Below, one piece after another: positions 38,670-48,882 of a stretch of DNA of 64,000 bases. A program made the translations under genes and the position numbers. The first letter of the stretch is position 1. Every line of letters begins with the position of its first letter. The DNA comes from Acidobacteriia bacterium UBA6623 (GTDB lineage Bacteria; Acidobacteriota; Terriglobia; Bryobacterales; UBA6623), in contig DJHJ01000002.1 in assembly GCA_002433055.1 (NCBI GenBank), forward strand, positions 401 through 64,400. The letters run 5' to 3'. The notes under the pieces are model-generated. The model was not told the DNA's origin, searched no databases, and saw only the letters and a program-made list of their open reading frames with translations.

Positions 38670-39707
38670 TTAGGCAGGCAACAGGTAGCTTATCACCATA
38701 TATATTCCGTAGGAAGCCAAAAGTACAAACCCGAAGGGCCTTTTCATGTAGTCACCTGAGATAAAAATACCCACTCGAAAGGTCAGTAAGATGAATAGCA
38801 TCGCAGGAAACAACACGCGGAAAAAATGCCCCCCTGCTTGTAGTCCATCAGCTGTTACTGCAGCCGATGCCCCAGCCACGAAAAGAACATTGAGGATATC
38901 TGCACCGACTATGTTTCCGACGGCTAGTTCGCCGTGGCCTCGTCTTGCGGCCGTCACGGCTGTGACAAGCTCCGGCAGTGATGTTCCAAAAGCTACCAGT
39001 GTCGCCGCGATAATGCTTTCCGGAATCTCGATTCGAGTGGCAGCTTCTTTTATTGCAGGGATCAAAACTTGAGCTGAAAGTACGACTAACGCTATTGCTC
39101 CTGAAAGCTTAAGGACCACTACGACAATCGGAGCTGACGGCTCGGCCTCTTTTTGGTCGGTTTTTGATGCGGGTGTCATTCCGCTTCGTGCCCAACGTAT
39201 TGAGACCCACATATAAGTCGCTAAAGCGACGAGGAAAACAACACCGACAACTTGTGGCAGTTGTCCGCCATTCACAAATACTAGATCAATTCTGGTCCAG
39301 GGAAGACATCCGATTACCAGGGCTGTTGCCGTCCCGATTTGGATCCAGCCCTGTCGGTTGACGATTGCACGATCAAGTCGTAACGGAGCTATGATACACG
39401 CCAGACCTAAGATTAACCCGGTATCGCAGATGATTGACCCTACTGCGTTGCCCAATGCTAGGCCTGGGCTGCCCTGCAGGGCAGCAAAGACGGACACTGC
39501 CGCTTCAGGTGCAGTCGTACCCAAACTGACAACTGTTGCACCGATCACAATAGTGGGGATGCCGGAACGTTCCGACAGAGTTACAGCTTCATCTACTAAC
39601 CAGTCCGCTGCTTTGCCTAGAATCAAGAGGCCTGCAGCTATCAAAAGTGTCAACGGGCCACCGTGGAGATTGGAAATAATGTGGTGCAGCGTTTCTTCCA
39701 TGGTCAA
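38670..39707 (-). CDS. Ca2+/Na+ antiporter (CaCA family, YrbG-like)
   Basis: Two alpha-repeat signatures (GATVVSLGTTAPEAAVS and LVAFGTSLPELVTAV) and about 10 TM spans. Confidence 0.85.
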   Translation of the reverse strand: MTMEETLHHIISNLHGGPLTLLIAAGLLILGKAADWLVDEAVTLSERSGIPTIVIGATVVSLGTTAPEAAVSVFAALQGSPGLALGNAVGSIICDTGLILGLACIIAPLRLDRAIVNRQGWIQIGTATALVIGCLPWTRIDLVFVNGGQLPQVVGVVFLVALATYMWVSIRWARSGMTPASKTDQKEAEPSAPIVVVVLKLSGAIALVVLSAQVLIPAIKEAATRIEIPESIIAATLVAFGTSLPELVTAVTAARRGHGELAVGNIVGADILNVLFVAGASAAVTADGLQAGGHFFRVLFPAMLFILLTFRVGIFISGDYMKRPFGFVLLASYGIYMVISYLLPA

Positions 39708-39764
39708 AAGATCAAATTCTAGATTGGAGCTCCAGTTCGTAAATTCAAGACTGTCTATGCGAAA

Positions 39765-40781
39765 TTATATCTCGCCTTGAGGCACGTCCTTGCTTGTGGT
39801 CTCTCGGTTGCCAATTAGTGCAATCATTTGAGTCAGTAAGAAGCCACCCACTATCAAACCTACTGATCCGGCGAACTGTCCACCATTCGGCGTGAATCGT
39901 TGTACGGGAAAATCTCCTGGGTCGAGAGCTGTGATCGATGCAGATGTCATTACTTGTCCTTTGATTACATCTCCTGGGTCAGGTGTAACACTGTGTTGGA
40001 AAGGCCATAATCCTACAACAGCACCAATCAGAAAACCAAGCAGTACTCCTAAAGTTTGTTTTTTGAAATACTCTAGAAAAAACTTGAGCAGGTTGCTTAT
40101 CACCACTAAGCCGAGTGCTACTCCCATAGCGACAGGCAGAAAAATATGTGATGCCTCAAGTAGGTAGCCCCATTGCGGTCCATCAGCGTCCGTCAGAGCC
40201 TTCCGTGTTTCATCGATGGTTTCTAAAATTGTTAGGTATTGCCCCAAAATTAGTAGGACATATCCTCCAGAGATACCAGGTAGGACCATCGCTGATGCTC
40301 CTCCGAGGCCTGCTAGAAAAAGCATCAAGTAAGGAAGGCTGTCCGTAACTGGTTCAGTTGTGCTCGGCTGTAAGAAGACCAATAGAATCGTGAGTGTCAG
40401 GCCCCCAATGCAACCACATACTGTCGTTGCAGTGATCGGTCGCATTAATCTCCATATGACGGGCACTCCTCCTAAAGTCAGCCCCACGAACAAACTAAAC
40501 ATCACCCAACGGTGATCGATTACCAGTTCTCTTACAATTCCGGCACCAGTAATAATTGCTATGGTTGCGGCCCCACCAATGGTTGCAAGTGTCGACAGTG
40601 TTCGCAGTCGAAAACGAAAGGTTGTTACCTCAGCAATTCCTTCAATAAACCGTGGATATACTCCTACTGCTAGCAACATTGTTCCACCTGAGATACCTGG
40701 CACTAAGTTGGCCAGGCCCATCAGTAGACCACCTAGAATTTCTCGTAATGTTTGCGTCCTGTTAACTATCACTTTGCGCAT
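39765..40781 (-). CDS. DUF368 family membrane protein (putative undecaprenyl-phosphate translocase type)
   Basis: Duplicated PGISGG motif (VPGISGGTMLL and LPGISGGYVLL), polytopic membrane protein. Confidence 0.85.
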   Translation of the reverse strand: MRKVIVNRTQTLREILGGLLMGLANLVPGISGGTMLLAVGVYPRFIEGIAEVTTFRFRLRTLSTLATIGGAATIAIITGAGIVRELVIDHRWVMFSLFVGLTLGGVPVIWRLMRPITATTVCGCIGGLTLTILLVFLQPSTTEPVTDSLPYLMLFLAGLGGASAMVLPGISGGYVLLILGQYLTILETIDETRKALTDADGPQWGYLLEASHIFLPVAMGVALGLVVISNLLKFFLEYFKKQTLGVLLGFLIGAVVGLWPFQHSVTPDPGDVIKGQVMTSASITALDPGDFPVQRFTPNGGQFAGSVGLIVGGFLLTQMIALIGNRETTSKDVPQGEI

Positions 40782-40875
40782 GGTGAAACTCTGTTGTCGG
40801 GACCAATGTTGTCTACAGTTGTCGGAACTGCAAGAGTGTGGGACACTACCTCTGCAGTAAGCCCCTCAATCTAGC

Positions 40876-42000
40876 ATGGACTACCAAGCACTGTCGCCCG
40901 TCACGGGTCATTCAGTCGTCATTAGTGTTGTCGACGGTCGAATTAGCACAATAGTTCCGTCAGCGTGTGACTCGGATGATGGACTTTGGGTTGCACCTGG
41001 GTTCGTAGATCTACAAGTCAATGGTTTTGCTGGTGTGGACTATAACTCCCCTGAAACTTCGATTGACAAAATAGGTTGTTCGATCGATGCTCAACGCACA
41101 ACTGGCGTGACTCGTCTTTATCCCACTATTATCACTGGCTCGAATACTAATATTCGAAAAGCATTAACTAATCTTGCTCGAGCAAAACATGAACTGAGTA
41201 ACGGTACATCAATTGCAGGCCTGCATTTGGAAGGCCCATGGATCTCGCCGCATGATGGTCCTCGAGGTGCGCATCCGATCGAACATGTACGAGCAGCATC
41301 AATTGCGGAATTTGAGGATTTTCAGGGCTCAGCAGAAGGTCAAATTCGACTTGTAACTATCGCGCCTGAAGTCGAAGGTGCACTTGCTCTGATCGAGTAT
41401 TTGAGTGATCAGGGTGTTGTTGTGTCACTTGGGCATACTGGTGCCAATGCGGAAGAAATTCATGCTGCTGTGGATGCTGGCGCAACCATGAGTACACATC
41501 TTGGTAACGCCTCATATTCGATGACGAGACATAATGCAAACCATATCATCGAACAGATGGCTTGTGACCAACTTTACGCGGGGTTTATCGTGGATGGTAT
41601 CCACTTGCCTCCATCTTTCGTTAAAGTTGCTATTCGTGCGAAGACGCCTGAGAAATCGATCCTTGTGACTGATGCTGTGGCACCGGCCGGTTGTAACCCT
41701 GGTTCCTATCGATTGGGTCATCTTGAAGTGCAGCTGAGTGACGATGGCAGCGTGCGGTTGGTCGAGTCGGGTCGATTGGCTGGTTCGGCATTACGTATGG
41801 ATTATGCACTAAACAACCTCATGAGGTTCAGTGGTTTGTCGTTGGCGAGATCCTTGGCAACAGCAACCGTTAACCCGGCTCGCGCCATAGGTCTTGAAGG
41901 TCGCCAAGGGTTTCTGATACCCGGTGAATTGGCTGATTTGGTCCTGTTTCAATACAATTCGGAAACACTAGAGATCAAAATTATTGAATCAGTTGTCTGA
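40876..42000 (+). CDS. nagA: N-acetylglucosamine-6-phosphate deacetylase
   Basis: PGFVDLQVNGFAGVDY, GLHLEGPW, SLGHT, THLGNA and TDAVAP motifs. Confidence 0.9.
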   Translation: MDYQALSPVTGHSVVISVVDGRISTIVPSACDSDDGLWVAPGFVDLQVNGFAGVDYNSPETSIDKIGCSIDAQRTTGVTRLYPTIITGSNTNIRKALTNLARAKHELSNGTSIAGLHLEGPWISPHDGPRGAHPIEHVRAASIAEFEDFQGSAEGQIRLVTIAPEVEGALALIEYLSDQGVVVSLGHTGANAEEIHAAVDAGATMSTHLGNASYSMTRHNANHIIEQMACDQLYAGFIVDGIHLPPSFVKVAIRAKTPEKSILVTDAVAPAGCNPGSYRLGHLEVQLSDDGSVRLVESGRLAGSALRMDYALNNLMRFSGLSLARSLATATVNPARAIGLEGRQGFLIPGELADLVLFQYNSETLEIKIIESVV

Positions 42001-42108
42001 CTTCTATATCTGCCCAGCGCTTGTGACACGGTCAGCCTTATCTGTTTTTCGGCACTGCGCCTTTGAGGTCGGCTTAGATCAAGCTATGCCGTCGAATTTG
42101 AAACTTAA

Positions 42109-42984
42109 CTAGACATCGCAAATTGCTGCTGCCTTTCGGAGTGATGCTACAGGGTCGCGAATGGGAATAAACTCCTGTGCCAGGTAGCCGTCGAATCCCA
42201 ATTCCACGATGGATTTGCAGATTGCCCTGTAATTGAGTTCCTGCGTTTCATCAATTTCGTTACGGCCTGGATTTCCTCCGGTATGGAAATGCCCTATATA
42301 TTCGATATTGTTACGGATGGTGCGAATGACGTCACCTTCCATGATTTGCATGTGGTAGATGTCGTAGAGCAGTTTTACGCGCGACGATTTCACTCGCTTC
42401 ATAATTTCAACGCCCCAAGATGTCTTGTCGCAATGGTAGTCGGGATGATCAATTTTACTGTTCAATAGTTCAAGCAAAATTGTGACACCTTCATCTTCAG
42501 CCTGAGTCTTTACCTTGTTGAGTAGTAGAGTTGAGTTGTCCCACGCTCTCTCGTCGCTAATGTTATGACGGTTGCCTGAGAAACAGATTAGGTTCGCAAC
42601 ACCATGTTTTTTGGCTAAAGGCAGCAAACGTCTGAAGTTTTTTTCCATAGCGGCATGGTTTGTTACATCGTTGAGGCCATTAGAGATTCCGTTGATTCCT
42701 GAGCCGACAGCACAGGTTAAGCCATACTTTTTCACTACGGGCCATTCATCTTCTGTCAGTAGTTCAACCGATTTAAGACCGATTGCAGAAGCATTTCGTG
42801 CTAGCTCGTCTAGTGACATTTCAACAAAAGGTTTGTCGTAACACCATCTGCAGACCGATTGCTTGAGGCGGCCTTTTGAGACAGTTTTTTTCTGATTTTC
42901 CTTGGCATTTGCTACGTTCAGTGCTGCTACGCCGATACCGGTGATGACTGAACGTCTTTTAATTGTTGAGGATGTCTTCCACAT
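42109..42984 (-). CDS. Xylose isomerase-like TIM-barrel protein (hydroxypyruvate isomerase-like), Tat signal
   Basis: KRRSVITGIGVAAL Tat-like leader. LLELLN, DIYHMQIMEGD and IGHFHTGG are metal-ligand motifs of the AP-endonuclease-2/Hyi TIM-barrel family. Confidence 0.8.
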   Translation of the reverse strand: MWKTSSTIKRRSVITGIGVAALNVANAKENQKKTVSKGRLKQSVCRWCYDKPFVEMSLDELARNASAIGLKSVELLTEDEWPVVKKYGLTCAVGSGINGISNGLNDVTNHAAMEKNFRRLLPLAKKHGVANLICFSGNRHNISDERAWDNSTLLLNKVKTQAEDEGVTILLELLNSKIDHPDYHCDKTSWGVEIMKRVKSSRVKLLYDIYHMQIMEGDVIRTIRNNIEYIGHFHTGGNPGRNEIDETQELNYRAICKSIVELGFDGYLAQEFIPIRDPVASLRKAAAICDV

Positions 42985-43250
42985 GATTGTTTATGGTTCT
43001 TGTTGAGAATCAATCGGATTGTATCACTCTCTCACTTGCTGACCCTGCTTCCGCTGTCTTGCCTGATATCGTTATAGTTCAGGAGTAGATGTGGATGCTA
43101 TGTATATGGTGCCGTGTTTTATGTGCTGGAACTGTTCAAGGCTACACTTATTATTATTGACGTAGCGCATGATATCTATTTGTTAACTTCTGTTTAACGT
43201 GTAAACGTTTACGATGTCTGTATAAAATTAGATACTTCAGGACCTTCAAA

Positions 43251-44039
43251 ATGTCAAAAGAATTGCAGTCAAAAGTCGCTTTGGTAACAGGTGCGAGTCG
43301 CGGTATTGGGCGGGCAATCGCCGACCTATTGGCACGCGATGGGTGTGATTGCATTGTTGTAGCTCGTACGGAGAAAATGTTGCACGAGGTTGCCCAGCAT
43401 ATCACCACTCAAAGTGGTCGTCGGGTGGAGGTTTGTGTGCAGGATCTGAGCACTCAAAAGGGCTGCACTGCTCTGTATGACCAGACCATGCAACAATTCG
43501 GCACATTGGACATTCTAGTTAACAATGCAGGAGCTACTCAAGGGGGGTCGTTTCTAGAGCAAGATGACGTGTTGTGGGAAGAAGGGTTTGCGTTGAAATT
43601 TTATGCTTGTGTCCGCCTGTGCAGACTTTTTTGGCCACAACTTCAGAAGAATCGTGGGACGGTGGTGAACGTTGTCGGTACGTTCGCCCGCACGCCGGAT
43701 CCTGATTTTATGATTGGTGGTGCAGTCAATGCTGCCATGGCAAATTTCACAAAAGCATTATCTCGACTAGGTTTACGGGACGATATAAGTGTCAATGCAG
43801 TTTATCCTGGCCTGACAGAGACTAACCGTGTTGAAGAGATATTTTCTATGCAGGCAAAGATGAGAGGTGTTTCAGAGGATCAAATCAGGAAAGACATTTT
43901 ACAGACGGAAGGCATCCACCGATTGGGTCGACCCACTGATGTTGCTGAGCTAGTTGCGTTTCTTTGTTCTCCCTCTGCGAGGCATATTCAAGGTACGGCC
44001 ATTGCGGTTGATGGGGGCGCCACGATGTCCCTCTATTAA
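43251..44039 (+). CDS. SDR family oxidoreductase
   Basis: TGASRGIG and NNAG. C-terminal IAVDGG. Confidence 0.9.
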   Translation: MSKELQSKVALVTGASRGIGRAIADLLARDGCDCIVVARTEKMLHEVAQHITTQSGRRVEVCVQDLSTQKGCTALYDQTMQQFGTLDILVNNAGATQGGSFLEQDDVLWEEGFALKFYACVRLCRLFWPQLQKNRGTVVNVVGTFARTPDPDFMIGGAVNAAMANFTKALSRLGLRDDISVNAVYPGLTETNRVEEIFSMQAKMRGVSEDQIRKDILQTEGIHRLGRPTDVAELVAFLCSPSARHIQGTAIAVDGGATMSLY

Positions 44040-44128
44040 CTACTGGAAGCAGCGATCGGATTTCGTGTCTAAATACGAGTGTGTTGTCCGGCAAGACAAA
44101 ATCATTTTTCGATGGATGGCAATTCTGC

Positions 44129-44554
44129 TTACATTTGGTAAAGCATCCAATAGACCACAATACCGGTGACTGAGACGTAGAGCCATAGTGGAAAAGTCCA
44201 GCGTGCGATTTTCCGGTGCTTGTCAAATTTTTCTTTCAACGCATTTGAGAGTGTAATTAGCGCTAGGGGAAGTATAACGGCAGCTAGTACAACATGAGTG
44301 ATTAGGATTGTGAAATAAATGGTCCTAATCCAACCTTCTTTGGTGAAAGATACGGAGCCAACATGGTAATGGTAGACAAGGTAGCTCGTAAGGAATAGAC
44401 ATGAAATGGAGAATGCGCCCAACATGCAGAGTCGATGAGGTTTGATCTCACCGCGCCGAATGAACCAGTATCCAACGCTAAGCAGTACTGCACTGGCCGC
44501 GTTCAAAGTTGCGTTAATTGCTGGTAAGTTCTGAACGCTGATGATCTCTAACAT
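44129..44554 (-). CDS. DUF420 family membrane protein
   Basis: 141 aa, four TM helices. LPAINATLNA...H(R)(L)CM...H..L pattern typical of DUF420. Confidence 0.7.
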   Translation of the reverse strand: MLEIISVQNLPAINATLNAASAVLLSVGYWFIRRGEIKPHRLCMLGAFSISCLFLTSYLVYHYHVGSVSFTKEGWIRTIYFTILITHVVLAAVILPLALITLSNALKEKFDKHRKIARWTFPLWLYVSVTGIVVYWMLYQM

Positions 44555-44589
44555 GGTTGATCTTTTCTATGGCAGTTTATAGGCAGCAT

Positions 44590-45453
44590 TTAGGAGAGAT
44601 GTCTGGCCGATGGGCGACTCACCTGATAAAAAGCCGCGCTAAGAGTTATGACTGCAAAAGTAGCTAATACGGCAATACACGACAGTACCAACGAGTAGTC
44701 AGCTGAGCCTGTACTCGAAAAGAGACTCCGCAATGCTCTCACTCCGTAACTTAATGGGTTTATCTTCATTGCCCATTGCATCCATTCTGCAGCTCCGGCG
44801 GTTGGGAAAATTGCTCCCGAAAGGATCCACAGGGGCATAAGAACCAAATTCATGATAGCGTGGAATCCCTGAACCGAATTCAACCACCAAGCAAAAAAGA
44901 AACTTAAGCCTGTTAAACCCAACATCATCCCAACAATCACTACTAGGATCGCTGGCAGTTTTGCAGGGTCAAACGCCAACCCCAGGAATGGAGCAGGGAT
45001 CAGAAATATAACCCCCTGCGTTAAACCAATTGTTGTCGCCCCAAGCACCTTGCCTAGCACCAATACAGGCCGCGGAACTGGTGCTGCCAATACCGACAGT
45101 AGAAATCCTTCCCGTCGGTCTTCAATGATTGAAATATTGGAAAAGATGGCGGTAAATAGAACGACCATCGTGATCATGCCCGGAAAAAAAAATTCCAAAG
45201 CCCCTGCTTCAATGTCAGCTCGAAAAGAACGAGCAAATCCCGACCCTAGTAACAACCAGAAAATAAAGGGTGTTGCTAGGCTGCCCACGACTCTACTTCG
45301 TTGTCGGTAGAATGCCCTGATTTCACGGAACCATAGCGAGCCAACCGACAACCACAAACAAGAATGGGCGTTGGTTGAGTTGACATGTGATGAGTTTTCG
45401 TCACATGGTCGCTTTTCTGAAGAAGCTGTCAAGGTGGATTCAGATTCAACCAT
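44590..45453 (-). CDS. ABC-2 type transporter permease
   Basis: Six TM helices. FREIRAFYRQRSR N-terminal motif, and a position immediately downstream of the ATPase gene. Confidence 0.8.
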   Translation of the reverse strand: MVESESTLTASSEKRPCDENSSHVNSTNAHSCLWLSVGSLWFREIRAFYRQRSRVVGSLATPFIFWLLLGSGFARSFRADIEAGALEFFFPGMITMVVLFTAIFSNISIIEDRREGFLLSVLAAPVPRPVLVLGKVLGATTIGLTQGVIFLIPAPFLGLAFDPAKLPAILVVIVGMMLGLTGLSFFFAWWLNSVQGFHAIMNLVLMPLWILSGAIFPTAGAAEWMQWAMKINPLSYGVRALRSLFSSTGSADYSLVLSCIAVLATFAVITLSAAFYQVSRPSARHLS

Positions 45454-45538
45454 AAATTTCTGTTAGGAAAAGTCTTGTGCTAGGATCGCTCGCATACCGA
45501 TCAACACCTTAATTATATCGACGATCCTAGTGTCAGGG

Positions 45539-46495
45539 CTATCCAGACTCGTCGTCTGTGAAGCTTCGCCCGGTTGTGCGAATGAAAACGTCCTCTAAAG
45601 TCGGTTTTGAGACTGTCACTGACTGGATTTGTTCTTGAGGGTTTTCCATTAGGCGAGCAATAAGCTGTGAGCCTTGTGGGTGTTCAAAACGAACCGACCC
45701 ATCGACAATTTGGGGTTGGACCCCAAGCCGGTCAGATAATTCCTTTACTATTGCCTCGGGGTTTTCTCCAACCAGTGAAACCGTTTCACCTCCTATACGG
45801 TTTTTCAACTCAACTGGTGTCCCAACCGCAACCAATGTTCCTCGGTCAAGCACCCCCAAACTGCAACATTTGTCCGCTTCTTCCAGTAAATGGGTCGTCA
45901 GCAATATGGTCACATTGTCGTGATCTCTTAGCGTACGGAGATGTTCCCAGAATTGAAGGCGTGCTGCCGGATCCAATCCTGTGCTTGGTTCGTCCAAAAG
46001 AAGCAGCTTTGGTGCGTGTAAAAGACCTTTGGCTAATTCCACTCTTTGCCGCAAACCACCAGAAAGTGTATCTACAACATCATTCTTTCGATCTGCAAGA
46101 TCAAGACGATCAAATAGTGCGTCAATTCGTGAGCGAAGATCAGCACCTCGCAAACCATAGAGATGTCCTTGGTGTTCAAGGTTCTCAGTCGCAGTTAAGT
46201 GTCGGTCAAGACTTTGTCCTTGAAATACAACACCGATGTTGCGACGCACTGAAATTGGCTGTGCTCGAACATCCGCCCCGAAAACGGCTGCCGTGCCTTT
46301 CTCTGGAGGAAGCAGAGTTGACAGAATTCTGAAAAGAGTGGTCTTGCCGCCACCGTTAGGGCCTAGTAGGCCAAATATGTCACTACGGTCAACTTCGAAG
46401 CTTACATCACGCAGAGCTGAGTTGTTGTTGTAGGAGAACCCTAGGCTTTGGACAGAGACTGCCGGTGTGTTCGACATGTTTTCGCACGATAGCAT
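45539..46495 (-). CDS. ABC transporter ATP-binding protein (DrrA/ABC-2 exporter type)
   Basis: Walker A GPNGGGKTT, signature LSGGLRQR, Walker B LLLLDEPSTGLD, H-loop TTHLLEE. ATG 46477 is an alternative start. Confidence 0.95.
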   Translation of the reverse strand: MLSCENMSNTPAVSVQSLGFSYNNNSALRDVSFEVDRSDIFGLLGPNGGGKTTLFRILSTLLPPEKGTAAVFGADVRAQPISVRRNIGVVFQGQSLDRHLTATENLEHQGHLYGLRGADLRSRIDALFDRLDLADRKNDVVDTLSGGLRQRVELAKGLLHAPKLLLLDEPSTGLDPAARLQFWEHLRTLRDHDNVTILLTTHLLEEADKCCSLGVLDRGTLVAVGTPVELKNRIGGETVSLVGENPEAIVKELSDRLGVQPQIVDGSVRFEHPQGSQLIARLMENPQEQIQSVTVSKPTLEDVFIRTTGRSFTDDESG

Positions 46496-46629
46496 AGGGC
46501 CGCATTGTTAATCCGCTTTTGTTGTGGCCTTTGCTGTCGGTTTCTAGGCTATTTTGTTTCCTGAGACGAAAGAATTTGTTGCGAGCTGCTATGTTCCTTG
46601 GCCTCTATGTATCTGCAAAATCTAACTTG

Positions 46630-47712
46630 TCAAGCGATATGTGCACCCTGAGCCTCAACGTAGACGGCGTAGAGTGATTGGCTGCCAGTCATGAATAGGC
46701 GATTACGTTTTCTGCCGCCGAAGCAAACATTGGAACACATCTCTGGTAATCGAATTTGTCCGATGCGAGTTCCGTCGGGTGCAAAAATGTGAACGCCGTC
46801 ATAACCGTCACCAACCCATCCAGCACTAGACCAGATGTTGCCATCCACATCGGCTCTTATGCCATCAGCCTGACCTATTCCAACACCCTCCAACTCCATT
46901 GAAACGAAGCGCTTTCCATTCTGAAGAAGTTTTTCGTTTACTACATCCCAGATTTTGATCTCTTTTGACGCCTCGGGGTAATGGGAAGAACCGGTATCTG
47001 CAATGTAGAGTTTTTTGTAATCAGGCGAAAAGCATAGCCCATTCGGTTTATAAATGTCGTCGGTGACCATTGTCATGTTGCCGGAGTTAGCGTCAATACG
47101 ATAGACAGCTTCCTTGATTTCAAGCGGTCCTTTATTGCCTTCGTAATGCATCAGACTGCCATATCCGGGATCGGTAAACCAGACATCCCCACTTGGGTGG
47201 ACCACGGCGTCGTTTGGAGCATTCAATCGCTTGCCTTGCCAGGTTTCAGCTAATACGGTGATGGTTCCATCGTACTCGTAACGCACTACCCTCCGATTTC
47301 CGTGTTCACAGGAAATTTGTCGTCCCTGATAGTCAAAAGTATTTCCATTGCTATTTCCTGCAGGATTTCGAAAGATGCTGACGTGGTTGTCTTCTTCTAA
47401 CCATCGGTATTGCACATCATTGGGAATATCGCTCCATACCAGATAACGGCCAACTCCATTCCAGGCTGGACCCTCTGCCCATAAGGTTCCTGTATGTAAA
47501 CGCTGGATAGGGGTATTGCCTAACTTGTATTGCGCAAAACGCTTATCCAAGACAACAATATCGGGATCAGGGTAACGGATCGGATTTTTGCCGCTCCAGT
47601 CACGTTTGGATACAGAGGCTTCAAGTACAGAGGCAGCTCCGAAGGCCAAACCTTTCAACCAGGTTCGACGGTCAAGATAGCGACGTGGTGTATTTTGGTC
47701 AGCTACGGTCAT
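46630..47712 (-). CDS. SMP-30/gluconolactonase/LRE family protein, exported
   Basis: DRRTWLKGLAFGAAS leader. AEGPAWN, NDAVVHPSGDVWFTDP, PNGLCFSPD and DGIRADVDGNIW are six-bladed lactonase motifs. Confidence 0.85.
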   Translation of the reverse strand: MTVADQNTPRRYLDRRTWLKGLAFGAASVLEASVSKRDWSGKNPIRYPDPDIVVLDKRFAQYKLGNTPIQRLHTGTLWAEGPAWNGVGRYLVWSDIPNDVQYRWLEEDNHVSIFRNPAGNSNGNTFDYQGRQISCEHGNRRVVRYEYDGTITVLAETWQGKRLNAPNDAVVHPSGDVWFTDPGYGSLMHYEGNKGPLEIKEAVYRIDANSGNMTMVTDDIYKPNGLCFSPDYKKLYIADTGSSHYPEASKEIKIWDVVNEKLLQNGKRFVSMELEGVGIGQADGIRADVDGNIWSSAGWVGDGYDGVHIFAPDGTRIGQIRLPEMCSNVCFGGRKRNRLFMTGSQSLYAVYVEAQGAHIA

Positions 47713-48170
47713 AGATTGAGTTCCTCCTGATTACAAAACGAAGATAAACCAACATCGTACTTCATCGAGCAATGAGAGGAAACGTCAAGCGAGATTCAAG
47801 TGTGGTTGGATAGCTAATGTAGCCAAATCGAACGACACTAAGACCAAAAGAGCAATAGGGTGTGAACTACAGAGTATTTCTTTGTGGTATATCTCGCCAT
47901 GCACAATATATATGTAGGTTCGATCGCCTGGTGAATAAAACCGTAGAGTTGAAGTCGACAATCCTAAACATCTACTTGGGAGCTTGTCAAAATGTTACAC
48001 TGGAGTTCCTTCTAGAGCTACCAGGAAATTGCAGCGATAGTGAACCTCACTCAGGTGATAGGACTAGTCGGAAACCCTACTTACTCTAGTGCTGCGTCCG
48101 GATGCTTTCCTTTACTAGTTCGATTGCACGTTTCGAATGGGCTGGATCATCAGTCCAGGAGAGGACACTC

Positions 48171-48872
48171 ATGAAATTTGGTGTTGTGCTATTCCCCGGA
48201 TCGAATTGTGATCATGATGCCTATTATGCAGTGCAAGCCAACCTCGGTGAAGATGCGGCACTCATCTGGCATGAATCCGAAGATCTTTCGGGACTGGATG
48301 CAGTTTTACTGCCAGGAGGTTTTTCCTATGGGGATTATCTTCGGCCAGGAGCAATAGCACGTTTTTCTCCAGTGGTGACAGCCGTAAAGAAATTCGCCAG
48401 ATCTGGTGGCCTAGTAATCGGAATCTGTAACGGTTTTCAGGTCCTCGTTGAGAGCGGTTTGTTGCCTGGAGCATTGATCCGCAATCGCAACTTACGTTTT
48501 GTTTGCAAAACAGTTCACATAAAGGTTGTCACTAGTGACTCACCGTTCACGAATGCATCGAAAACAAATCAACCTCTTGCGATTCCTATTGCGCATGGTG
48601 ATGGATGCTACTACGCAGACAAGATGACACTACGGCAATTAGAAAACGAGGACCGAGTTGCCTTCCGTTACTGTGACACAGTCAATCGTGTGGTTGAGGA
48701 GGCTAACCCCAATGGTTCGCTAGACAATATAGCTGGCATTTTAAACGAGGAGCGCAATGTGCTGGGGATGATGCCCCATCCGGAGCGCGCGTCAGATTCC
48801 GCTATGGGGTCGACTGATGGTCTTGTAGTATTTCAATCCATGAAAGCCACTTTGATGGGTACTGCCCGCTAA
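48171..48872 (+). CDS. purQ: Phosphoribosylformylglycinamidine synthase subunit PurQ (glutaminase)
   Basis: Start taken at ATG 48171, which is preceded by [24 protein letters not shown], catalytic GICNGFQ and MPHPER. Confidence 0.95.
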   Translation: MKFGVVLFPGSNCDHDAYYAVQANLGEDAALIWHESEDLSGLDAVLLPGGFSYGDYLRPGAIARFSPVVTAVKKFARSGGLVIGICNGFQVLVESGLLPGALIRNRNLRFVCKTVHIKVVTSDSPFTNASKTNQPLAIPIAHGDGCYYADKMTLRQLENEDRVAFRYCDTVNRVVEEANPNGSLDNIAGILNEERNVLGMMPHPERASDSAMGSTDGLVVFQSMKATLMGTAR

Positions 48873-48882
48873 CCAATAAGCG

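Noticed and set aside
43040-43100. GGAAGCAG-containing segment (reverse strand) that superficially resembles the SRP (4.5S) RNA domain IV
   Set aside because: The flanking sequence does not form the required helix 8 with symmetric and asymmetric loops. It lies in a divergent promoter region, so this is most likely chance similarity.
45667-46332. 221-aa ORF antisense to the ABC ATPase gene
   Set aside because: It lies entirely within a confidently identified gene on the other strand (Walker A/B and signature motifs). Its composition is Pro/Gln/Leu-rich and typical of antisense frames. The same reasoning applies to 3999..4385, 39358..39780, 50007..50384, 55961..56377 and 14370..14771.
48102-48170. 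23-codon N-terminal extension of purQ
   Set aside because: PurQ proteins begin at MKFGV..FPGSNCD. ATG 48171 has an AGGAGAGG ribosome-binding site. The extension is discussed only as part of the possible purS relic.
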